From a virus (lineage: Duplodnaviria; Caudoviricetes), in IMG/VR virus record IMGVR_UViG_3300006802_000129, positions 1 through 52,324 of that record: a DNA stretch of 52,324 nucleotides. The stretch is one strand, 5' to 3'. Shown one piece after another: positions 18,570 to 26,496 of this stretch. Below the pieces are notes generated by a model. The model made no database searches, had not been told where the DNA came from, and worked only from the letters and a program-made list of their open reading frames with translations. Both the position numbers and the translations under genes were made by a program. Numbering within the stretch: position 1 is the stretch's first letter; every line of letters starts with the position of its first letter.

Positions 18570-18953
18570 ATGCAAGTTAATAAGGTTAGAATCCGAATAC
18601 CTAGCGAAGTCATTAAGCAAAAGGTAGACAAGCAGATCGAAGTGAAGATGGTAGAAGATGCTTGCGATATGGAGTTTGAGTATCGGCTACCGATCTCCAG
18701 TTTCCACAAGCTAGTCAATGACCACGAGGCGGACGATGATTCGGAGATGCTGGTTCGTAAGCTATCCCATGACGAGATCGAGCTGCTCTCCCGTATGCTA
18801 GAGATGTTACCCCTGGTAAGTGAGGATCGTTTTGCTGCGTTCCAGACTAGGGAGCACATCTACCAGATCGTACTGGAGCGCAAGGATTTGGAGTGGATGT
18901 ATGAGTACATCAAAGCTCAGAAACAACTGGAAGAATCCGAAATGTATAACTAA
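18570..18953 (+). CDS. Hypothetical protein
   Basis: AGGGG RBS, 127 aa. Confidence 0.65.
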   Translation: MQVNKVRIRIPSEVIKQKVDKQIEVKMVEDACDMEFEYRLPISSFHKLVNDHEADDDSEMLVRKLSHDEIELLSRMLEMLPLVSEDRFAAFQTREHIYQIVLERKDLEWMYEYIKAQKQLEESEMYN

Positions 18954-18963
18954 AGGAGCAGGT

Positions 18964-19293
18964 ATGAGTGAGAAAGTTATTAAGTTCCACCCAAAGATTC
19001 ACAAGAAAGGGGAGCTACCTGATAAAATAGTACCTGATGGTAGCGAACCTTCCGGTGGTGACCCGTTTCACTTGCCGATATCAGATACTGAGTACTTGTA
19101 TGGGTATACTCAGGTGATTGACTCCCAACTGCACATCTACGTGGAAACATTTCACGGGTACGAGCCGATCATTACGGTAGGTGTGGTCGATAATAGTCTA
19201 TGTACTACCACTCACGCTTTAGTTTACGGGATGCCTGAGCCGCAGACAATTACTAGACACCTGTTTACTAACTACAAGGAGAGCAAGAAATGA
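18964..19293 (+). CDS. Hypothetical protein
   Basis: Start moved to MSEKVI (ATG 18964) after AAAGGAG. Confidence 0.6.
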   Translation: MSEKVIKFHPKIHKKGELPDKIVPDGSEPSGGDPFHLPISDTEYLYGYTQVIDSQLHIYVETFHGYEPIITVGVVDNSLCTTTHALVYGMPEPQTITRHLFTNYKESKK

Positions 19294-19859
19294 TTTTATC
19301 CGATACCCAACTAGGACAGTTCGTATTAAATGACGGAGTACAAGGGAATGTAGGGGTGTTCCACCCGACACCTCCTTACGTGCCACACATCGGCCCTGCG
19401 TCTATCGACCTGACGTTGCATGAGAAGGTTCAGTTTATCAAGCCCAACCCCGTAGTCCAGTACCAGCGAAGGCCGCAGCCTCAGTACAAGACAGTAAAGC
19501 TGGTAGATTCTAGCGAAGATGATAGGCTAGTCTACCTCGAACCTGGAGAGTTTTGCCTAGCGAGTACCCACGAAAAGATAGATCTCAGCAATGAGTATGC
19601 AGGGTTTATCGTAGGACGTTCTAGTTGGGGGCGACTTGGGTTGCAGGTAGAAAATGCTGGGTTTATAGATCCAGGGTTTATGGGTAGGGTAACGTTAGAG
19701 TTGATTAACTTTGCGCCTTACCCAATCCCCTTGATACCCAATACTCGTATCTGCCAACTAGTACTATTCTCATTAGATAAACCTGCGGTGCAAGGATATA
19801 TCGGGAAGTACCAAGGGCAAATGGCAGCTACGGTTTCTAGGATTAGTGAGGAGTTATGA
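19290..19859 (+). CDS. dcd: dCTP deaminase
   Basis: MILSD, PASIDL, GRSSWGRLGL, AGFIDPGF.G.VTLEL.N, RICQL, KYQGQ. Confidence 0.93.
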   Translation: MILSDTQLGQFVLNDGVQGNVGVFHPTPPYVPHIGPASIDLTLHEKVQFIKPNPVVQYQRRPQPQYKTVKLVDSSEDDRLVYLEPGEFCLASTHEKIDLSNEYAGFIVGRSSWGRLGLQVENAGFIDPGFMGRVTLELINFAPYPIPLIPNTRICQLVLFSLDKPAVQGYIGKYQGQMAATVSRISEEL

Positions 19860-20125
19860 CGACGAACCCCTTTGTAAACAGGGTAGAGCGGGATACGAAC
19901 CCTGCGTTCTATGCTGTATTGAATAGTGGTGGCGTACTATGCCGTAGTTGTGTGATCGGTGAACAGCATCTAATATTAGAAGCTACTGAAAACTATTTAC
20001 AATCAGGGTGGGATCAGAGTGGGTATTTTGTTCTGAATATAGAAGAGAATACCGAGGACTATAGCCTACGTTGCAGTCATTGCAGTGATCTTATCCCCCG
20101 AAATAAGGGGTGGCAGAAAGGGTGA
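19856..20125 (+). CDS. Small CxxC...CxxC zinc-binding protein
   Basis: GGVLCRSC and CSHC motifs. Confidence 0.65.
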   Translation: MTTNPFVNRVERDTNPAFYAVLNSGGVLCRSCVIGEQHLILEATENYLQSGWDQSGYFVLNIEENTEDYSLRCSHCSDLIPRNKGWQKG

Positions 20126-20407
20126 CACTTCTCCGATGGGTGACACTTCTTTTCCAAGCTCAGTCTAACGTTCAGTGTCTTGGCTTTTGTTGTCGTCTGT
20201 TTTTGTAACGTTGTTGTCACGAGATGTGTCACCTTTTCGAGATCTGTCATCGAAGTGTCACCCCTTCCAGCCCAGTGTTTCTCTGGCCTTGAGGGAAAAA
20301 GGTGACAGATGACAGATCTTTCCAGAAACTCTTCATGCAACTTGAAAGAATATATTCTGTTTCAAAGGTTATATAGAAACCTTTCCCGCAGAAGTGTCAC
20401 CTGTCAC
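20110..20407. repeat. Iteron-like GTGACA/TGTCAC cluster, candidate replication origin
   Basis: About ten hexamer copies in both orientations in an otherwise non-coding 400 bp. Confidence 0.7.
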
Positions 20408-20444
20408 CGACCCCCCATTTCTGCAATGAAGTGTATTTGTACTG

Positions 20445-20474
20445 TTGACTTATTCCGTCAAGAGAATGTATTAT
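20445..20474 (+). promoter_or_regulatory. Possible promoter with an overlapping TTGAC-N7-GTCAA palindrome
   Basis: TTGACT, 18-nt spacer, TATTAT; ttgac (20445-20449) / gtcaa (20457-20461). Confidence 0.4.
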
Positions 20475-20537
20475 ATGTGTACTTTATCTTTCCTCGTGTA
20501 ATCGTCTACAACTCCTAGTTTTATTCTCACTACTGCG

Positions 20538-20912
20538 ATGCTTAGCTTTACGTTGGGGTTCCCCCCATCTTTGAATAGTTATTATAAAAAATATAACAAT
20601 CGAATAATAATATCCAAAGCAGGGAAAGACTACCAAGAACAAGTAAAGTTACTAGCAATGGGTAGGCCAATGTCTTTTGTATCAAAAGACAGATTGCGTA
20701 TGGATATGCTGGTCTACCCTCCCGACTTACGTCATCGTGACCTAGATAATTTACTTAAATGCACCGCTGATTCTTTACAGAACGCAGGGGTATTCCCCAA
20801 TGATAGCCAATTAGATTGCCTCCATGTCGTACGTTGTAAGAAAGACAAACATAATCCTAGAGTCGAGGTGACCCTATCCTTATTCGAGATGGAGGATGTA
20901 CTTTGCAGCTAG
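20538..20912 (+). CDS. rusA: Holliday junction resolvase, RusA family
   Basis: PPSLNSYY, PPD...RDLDNLLK...DSL..AGV..NDSQ. Confidence 0.92.
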   Translation: MLSFTLGFPPSLNSYYKKYNNRIIISKAGKDYQEQVKLLAMGRPMSFVSKDRLRMDMLVYPPDLRHRDLDNLLKCTADSLQNAGVFPNDSQLDCLHVVRCKKDKHNPRVEVTLSLFEMEDVLCS

Positions 20913-21313
20913 ACACCATACTGGTTCGAGTACTTACAAAGTATCGTGAGCGAGCTACCAAAGGACAGGAAAAATACGGAACAACTCTAGATAGAACAGA
21001 CCTAACAGCCCAACAGTGGCTCCTCCACCTGCAAGAAGAGCTAATGGATGCCACCCTATACTGCGAGAAATTGATGAGTCCTAGTGAAAACCTACAGAAT
21101 GCTATCAAACAAGAGATCGATTCTTCTCTAGAAGAACACCTGACTAGGGCCAACACCCTAGCTGTAGTTCACCAACGTCTTTGGCTACGAATCCTAGATA
21201 AACCAGGAGATCCTAGTAGCTATCAGTACACCCCCGACGAGATGAACCTACTTAAAGAGACTGCCTTGAGCTACCTGAGTGGAGATATGTTGGGAAAGTC
21301 AACCACGAGTTAA
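20903..21313 (+). CDS. MazG-like / all-alpha NTP-pyrophosphatase-family protein
   Basis: RA.KG.EKYGTTLDRTDL...WL.HLQEELMDA.LY motif. Confidence 0.6.
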   Translation: MQLDTILVRVLTKYRERATKGQEKYGTTLDRTDLTAQQWLLHLQEELMDATLYCEKLMSPSENLQNAIKQEIDSSLEEHLTRANTLAVVHQRLWLRILDKPGDPSSYQYTPDEMNLLKETALSYLSGDMLGKSTTS

Positions 21314-21816
21314 TAGAGTGTAGTTTCAAGAGACTATTAACTGCACTGGAGTATGCAGTTGAGCCACTTTTCACGACAAAAGAAGTAGCCGATCTCGTAG
21401 GATGCTCACATCTGCTCATACGCCGATGGATTTCCAGAGGTAGTTTACCCTACGTCGAACTAGGAAAGTGGAACTACGTCCGTCTGAAGGATCTGGAAAT
21501 CCTATTGAAGACGGGCCGACCTCCGAACCAAACAGACCGTAGACGTAGCACCTACTCCCAGTTATCTGGTAATTCCCCTGCGGAATTACGAACAATGCTA
21601 TGGACACGGTACGTATATACTATGCGTAAGGAAGAGGATCGGAGGAGAACAACAGGGTCGACCGAAAACGAATACCCTACTTTTTTGGAATGGCTCCAAA
21701 CAGGTGGGAGAGAAACTCGGAGGGCATTACGCAAGCTGGAGTCCCAGCTTAATGGCGTACCCCTGTCAACTTTTTTAGAATCATTGGAGGACAAAGAGTA
21801 TACCCAGACTCTCTGA
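21298..21816 (+). CDS. Excisionase-type HTH domain plus C-terminal region, probably made by -1 frameshift from the upstream gene
   Basis: The frame of ORF 21505..21816 is open back to 21256 and encodes PLFTTKEVADLVGCSHLLIRRWISRGSLPYVELGKWNYVRLKDLE, with no ATG/GTG/TTG before 21505. Confidence 0.65.
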   Translation, partial: VNHELIECSFKRLLTALEYAVEPLFTTKEVADLVGCSHLLIRRWISRGSLPYVELGKWNYVRLKDLEILLKTGRPPNQTDRRRSTYSQLSGNSPAELRTMLWTRYVYTMRKEEDRRRTTGSTENEYPTFLEWLQTGGRETRRALRKLESQLNGVPLSTFLESLEDKEYTQTL

Positions 21817-21928
21817 CAGGTCGATAGCTAGAGTTTTAATTAGCGTTGTGGACTCACGGTAAATAGTAGACGGAAGCTTGAGGGAGCCTCCATTATTTTA
21901 TTTACGGCTATCGACCTGTCAGAGAGTC
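21807..21928 (+). ncRNA. Candidate structured RNA B (22-bp closing stem)
   Basis: gactctctgacaggtcgatagc (21807-21828) is the exact reverse complement of 21907-21928; inner gagt/actc and gtaaata/tatttac stems. Confidence 0.6.
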
Positions 21929-22033
21929 GAGCAGGCAGACAGGCGTTACCTGCTTTAAAATCCTTATGCCTAGACGGTTTCAATTACTCTGTCGTCTTTA
22001 AACTTAATCGAGTGCTGAATACCTAGGAGCAAG

Positions 22034-22651
22034 ATGCTTAGCCAAAACCAAGTTCAACTACTATCTTTTAGTGGAGGTGACGAGTCACACGCCCGAGCAG
22101 CATGGGTATCTACTTCAACAGATCTTACCCAACACAGACATCGAGTACCAGAGCTATTATCTTTCCTTGCAGCAAACGATCACGGCTCACCCTTTGAGCA
22201 CAGTTCGTTTACCTTTCATATCCGTAGCGATCTAGCTACCCACATCCAGTTTCTCAAGCATCGGGCTGGAGTCAGTATCAATACGGAATCCGCTAGATAC
22301 AAGGAGTTAACAGACGATAGCTTTTACTTACCAGGCGATTGGCCTGACGAGGCGAAGCACAGGGCTGCCAGGCAAATAGAAGACTGTATGAGCGGATACC
22401 ACAAACTAGTAGACGAGCTGACTCCCGACATTGGTAGGAAGCGTGCGAAAGAAACAGCTAGGTTATTGATACCTTATGCACACCAGTTGAGTTACATAGC
22501 CACCTTTAACTTCCGTTCTTTTATGCACTTTCAGAAACTACGCAATAGTGAACAGGCCCAAGACGAGATCGCTACCATAGCAGACGAGATGCTTGAACTA
22601 CTGCGTGCTACTGGGATGTATGAAGATTCCCTTATGGCTTTTGGTTACTGA
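22034..22651 (+). CDS. thyX: Flavin-dependent thymidylate synthase
   Basis: HGSPFEH, KHRAGVSINTESARY, KETARLLIP, NFRSFMHF..LR, AQDEI. Confidence 0.93.
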   Translation: MLSQNQVQLLSFSGGDESHARAAWVSTSTDLTQHRHRVPELLSFLAANDHGSPFEHSSFTFHIRSDLATHIQFLKHRAGVSINTESARYKELTDDSFYLPGDWPDEAKHRAARQIEDCMSGYHKLVDELTPDIGRKRAKETARLLIPYAHQLSYIATFNFRSFMHFQKLRNSEQAQDEIATIADEMLELLRATGMYEDSLMAFGY

Positions 22652-23742
22652 AGACAAGCTAAGGCTGCTCTCATATCGGATTGATCCGAGTAGGCGTAGC
22701 GTTCAGTCGTAGACGTTTTGCTATGCCTACAGATCTCAGCAATCACCGGCAGAGGAACCTTTGCCCTCATCAAGGTAGTCACTAACGAAGCACGGAATCC
22801 GTGTAGTGGCTTAACTTTACCCTTGAGTCCCAACTCTTTTACTACTGGACGGACGAGTTTAGTCATTGCCGAGACATCGCAAAAAGCTGGATGACCCGAA
22901 CCTGTGTCCAAGTAGTACGTCTCTTGAGCATCACGAGCCGCCAGATCCTGTGCTAGAAACTCCTGTAATGGTTTCGGTACAGGAAGTATTGCAGCTTTGC
23001 CCTTCTTTGGAGACCAGTTTAGTTCCGGTACATGACGGATTAGGATTTCCGATTGGCTCAGAAATATATGACGAAGCGGCAGCGTCCGCACTTCCGAAGC
23101 TCGCAATCCTAGATAGCGCAACATCATTACCATGCGTAGTCCATTACGGTTTCGCTCCGACATGGCAGCTTGGATATGCTCAAGATCCGTGAGGCTATAC
23201 ACCCCTCGTACCCGATCTTCTTCTGCTACATTTTTCAGAGTGATCTTCGGGATGAGTCCCTGACTATGCAGATAGTTTAGATAGATCCCGACCATCCGCA
23301 GATAGCTTCTCGTTGAGTTACGGCTCAGTCCGTCTGCGTCACAGCGTTTAATAAATTCACTGCTACTATTATCCGCTAGACTAGCGAGTTTTAGATCTCC
23401 GACAATCTCAATGAACTTGAGAACCGAAGATCGATACTCTTTCCTAGCTTTCTCTGTTCTAACCGTTAGCTGATTGATCCAGATTTCTACCCATTCACTC
23501 ATGCGTAGGTTAGCAACCGCCGTATTATTATTTAATGAGGCCTTTACTTTATTAGCTATTTCTTCCAGCAGACAATCGATCTCTAGCTGAGAGCGTCTGC
23601 GTCTGCCGCTACGTGTGCTTTTGAACTGGATGTCATCGTCGTCGGCTAGCTTTCTAAAGAGCAAACTATTTTCAGTATGTACTCGTAGATACCAGGCCTG
23701 ACGATCTTTTCTATAGAAAATCTCCTGTCGTTTACGTGGCAT
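22645..23742 (-). CDS. int: Tyrosine integrase
   Basis: GLRASEV (R), K in SPKKGK, LHGFR (HxxR), CRHS (H), TTERYA (Y); basic N-terminal arm-binding-like region. Confidence 0.9.
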   Translation of the reverse strand: MPRKRQEIFYRKDRQAWYLRVHTENSLLFRKLADDDDIQFKSTRSGRRRRSQLEIDCLLEEIANKVKASLNNNTAVANLRMSEWVEIWINQLTVRTEKARKEYRSSVLKFIEIVGDLKLASLADNSSSEFIKRCDADGLSRNSTRSYLRMVGIYLNYLHSQGLIPKITLKNVAEEDRVRGVYSLTDLEHIQAAMSERNRNGLRMVMMLRYLGLRASEVRTLPLRHIFLSQSEILIRHVPELNWSPKKGKAAILPVPKPLQEFLAQDLAARDAQETYYLDTGSGHPAFCDVSAMTKLVRPVVKELGLKGKVKPLHGFRASLVTTLMRAKVPLPVIAEICRHSKTSTTERYAYSDQSDMRAALACLQ

Positions 23743-23749
23743 AGGACTC

Positions 23750-24085
23750 CTATAGACTCTGAGATTTTAAGTATTCGATATCCACTGCAATCTGATTCAG
23801 CTTTGCCATGATATCCTCGTTTGTAATGCTCCTTCGTGGAACAGTGTACGTGCTCTCTCGCTCAATCGTTTCGATCTCTCGCATCATGTGCTGAATATTC
23901 TGAGGATCTAGCGAAGACACCTTGGCTAGCATAAGAATGTAGTCTTCATCAGGAAACTGTATCCCACGCTCTAGCCGACTAATCCGCTTTGGATCGGTAC
24001 GGAATCTCTCAGCTAACTGCTCCTGAGTCAAGCGTGATTCATGTCTAGCTTCTTTTAACTTAATACCCAATTGAATCCGGTTCAT
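23750..24085 (-). CDS. XRE-family HTH repressor
   Basis: LKEARHESRLTQEQLAE.....ISRLERG..FP; divergent from the helicase operon. Confidence 0.88.
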   Translation of the reverse strand: MNRIQLGIKLKEARHESRLTQEQLAERFRTDPKRISRLERGIQFPDEDYILMLAKVSSLDPQNIQHMMREIETIERESTYTVPRRSITNEDIMAKLNQIAVDIEYLKSQSL

Positions 24086-24134
24086 ATTTGCTCCAATAGT
24101 TTTTACTTATAAATACATAGGTTCAGCTTTCCAA

Positions 24135-25409
24135 ATGAAGCCTTTTCCTTATCAACTACGAGTAGCCCAGCACCTTGTCGCTAACAAGCGAGTGATGCTG
24201 GATGCAGATATGGGTGTGGGGAAGACCATCATGTCCCTAACAGCCCTCAAGCTATTGCAACCGGAGAGGACACTAATCCTCTGTCCGGCAGTAGCAGTAG
24301 CAAACTGGAATGCAGAGATCAAAAAGTGGGGCTGCTTCCACCTATCGATTCGGGTTCTCTCGTATGACAAAGCTCGCACGACTAGCACTCTCTCCACTCT
24401 AGTAGAGTGGAGGCCAGAAGTACTCGTGCTGGACGAAGCACACTACTTAAAGAATCCCGAAGCCAAGCGCACCTTAGCCATCTATGGCAAGGGAGGTCTG
24501 GCGCATGTTGCAAAAAGGGTATGGCTATTGAGCGGTACGTTTGCACCCAACAACGCTGCGGAATATTATCCGCATCTGCATTGCCTCTTCAGCCATCTCC
24601 TTCCCGATAAGGTGGAGAGTTACAATGCATTCCTAAACTACTTCTGTGTAGTACGGCATGATCGTATCCAGGCCAGAGGCCGGACAATCACGATACCCAG
24701 AGTCTTAGGCAATGCAAATGTAGCGGAGATGAGGGATATCCTAGCACAAACAGGCGTGAGGATTCGTGCTAGCGAAGTTCTTCCAGAGTTGCCGAAACTA
24801 ACGTGGGCCACTCTCATGCTCGAAGGTTCTAACTTAAAAGGTTTGAGAGAACTGACTCGTGAAGCGGAGCGCTATCTGGAGTTAGTACAGCAAGGTATCC
24901 CAATCCCTCCCGACTCTCACCTTATGCAACTAAGAAGGCTACTGTCTGAGGCCAAAGCCACAGCAGTTATAGAATGGTTACACGATTACACTCAGCATAC
25001 AAGAAAAAAGCTAGTAATATTCTCACAACACATCAACCCCTTATCCAAAATCCACCAAGCTTTTAGCAGTAGTTCGTGCTTACTAAATGGAAGTACTCCT
25101 TCCAAAAAACGAGGAGAATTGGTAACTCGATTCCAGAATGATCCTGACTGCCAATTGTTTCTTGGACAACTCATAGCCTGTAACACTGCCATCACCTTAA
25201 CGGCAGCAAGTCGTATCCTCTTCCTCGACCTATCCTTTGTACCAGGAGAGAACGCACAAGCCGCCGCCCGTTGCCATCGAGTAGGGCAACACCAGCCTGT
25301 CTTAGCACAGGTCGTCACGCTACCTCATAGCCTAGATGAAAAGGTAGCTGAAGTTCTTGTACGTAAAACGCAAATGCTAAAGGAGCTAGAATATGCAGAA
25401 CCATGCTGA
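24135..25409 (+). CDS. SNF2-type helicase
   Basis: DMGVGKT, LDEAHYLKN, LSGTFAPN, KLVIFS, QAAARCHRVGQ. Confidence 0.92.
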   Translation: MKPFPYQLRVAQHLVANKRVMLDADMGVGKTIMSLTALKLLQPERTLILCPAVAVANWNAEIKKWGCFHLSIRVLSYDKARTTSTLSTLVEWRPEVLVLDEAHYLKNPEAKRTLAIYGKGGLAHVAKRVWLLSGTFAPNNAAEYYPHLHCLFSHLLPDKVESYNAFLNYFCVVRHDRIQARGRTITIPRVLGNANVAEMRDILAQTGVRIRASEVLPELPKLTWATLMLEGSNLKGLRELTREAERYLELVQQGIPIPPDSHLMQLRRLLSEAKATAVIEWLHDYTQHTRKKLVIFSQHINPLSKIHQAFSSSSCLLNGSTPSKKRGELVTRFQNDPDCQLFLGQLIACNTAITLTAASRILFLDLSFVPGENAQAAARCHRVGQHQPVLAQVVTLPHSLDEKVAEVLVRKTQMLKELEYAEPC

Positions 25410-25476
25410 CGATTTAGAAGAAGAGCTGCTAGCGATCAAAGCCTTATTGGATGAGATCAATCGGCGCAAAAGGTAG
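25393..25476 (+). CDS. 27-aa micro-protein (not in the ORF track)
   Basis: AAGGAG, 7 nt, ATG; MQNHADDLEEELLAIKALLDEINRRKR*; overlaps the helicase stop. Confidence 0.5.
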   Translation: MQNHADDLEEELLAIKALLDEINRRKR

Positions 25477-25508
25477 TACTATTCTCACCACAAACGGAGT
25501 ATACTGTC

Positions 25509-26228
25509 ATGCAACTACACGCCTTATCCAAAGAGCTGGAACTGGAACCGACGAAAGCCTCACGGTTACTGACCAAGTTAGGCTACGGCAACAGTTTCCC
25601 CAATGAACTAGACGGAGACATGGAACTACATTTACGTACCGTCAATGACATGCTCAACCGAGGCTTCACGATCAACGATGCCGTAGGGGTCGTCAAGCGT
25701 CAGATCGACGGACTAGATGCAGACGATCCCGAAGAACCACCACCTCCTCCGGTTAGATTTAAGAAACGAGGCAGACCCAAGGGGTCTAAGAACAAGAGTA
25801 AAGACCCAAACGCTAATAAAACTTGGGATGAAGTCTGTTGGGAGGCTCAGTTACGTAGGTGGGAAGATAACCCAAGCTACCCAATCGGAGTAAAGATTAA
25901 CTACTTACAGAATAAGGTTGTACGAACTGAAGAACAGGAGCAATGGCTAAAGAAGTTACAGGCCGAGGCTCAAAGAGAAGAGCGTAAACGGTTATCTAGT
26001 AAACCAATACCAATATGGGAAGCTATGAACAAAGCAGTCGAAGAGACAGTAGACAAAGCACCAAAGGATGCACCGGAAGATACGAAGGAAGGACTCAAGC
26101 AATTGCTTTTAGACATTTGCCTCAATCTAGTTTCCCAACAAGATGCTAGAGCCTTTGAAGCAAACAAGGAACGCTGCCTTTCCTTGCTACGTAGAAACAA
26201 TGCAGGTCAACCACTAACAGTAAACTAA
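25509..26228 (+). CDS. DNA-binding protein with AT-hook
   Basis: HTH-like N-terminus, PPPPPP linker, KKRGRPKGSKNK. Confidence 0.65.
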   Translation: MQLHALSKELELEPTKASRLLTKLGYGNSFPNELDGDMELHLRTVNDMLNRGFTINDAVGVVKRQIDGLDADDPEEPPPPPVRFKKRGRPKGSKNKSKDPNANKTWDEVCWEAQLRRWEDNPSYPIGVKINYLQNKVVRTEEQEQWLKKLQAEAQREERKRLSSKPIPIWEAMNKAVEETVDKAPKDAPEDTKEGLKQLLLDICLNLVSQQDARAFEANKERCLSLLRRNNAGQPLTVN

Positions 26229-26238
26229 GGAGCACTCA

Positions 26239-26496
26239 ATGATACCTGTCATTAAAGATAAAATACTCGATAAGGTTTGGGATCTCTACCGGGATCACTT
26301 ATTCTACCAACTCAATAATCCCGATACAGGTGATTTCGGAGAAGAAAATAGTTGTCCTAAGTGTGCACTGGAACATGCAGTAGGGAGAACTGCCTTCTTT
26401 TTTGAAGCGGAAGACGTAGTACTAGAGGACATCTACAACATCGTCAAAACTCTAAGGGAGCAGCCTGATGAAACTAGCACAGACGACAACGGATGA
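26239..26496 (+). CDS. Hypothetical protein
   Basis: AAGGAG RBS; CPKC motif. Confidence 0.6.
   Translation: MIPVIKDKILDKVWDLYRDHLFYQLNNPDTGDFGEENSCPKCALEHAVGRTAFFFEAEDVVLEDIYNIVKTLREQPDETSTDDNG

Noticed and set aside
20077-20518. ORFs 20077..20340 (-) and 20309..20518 (+) as genes
   Set aside because: They overlap the iteron cluster, their repeated peptides just reflect the DNA repeats, and they have no convincing RBS.
21807-21928. Retron msr-msd, DGR element or MITE
   Set aside because: No reverse transcriptase or transposase in the window, no TR/VR pair and no clear target-site duplication. The part of the genome outside the window cannot be excluded.
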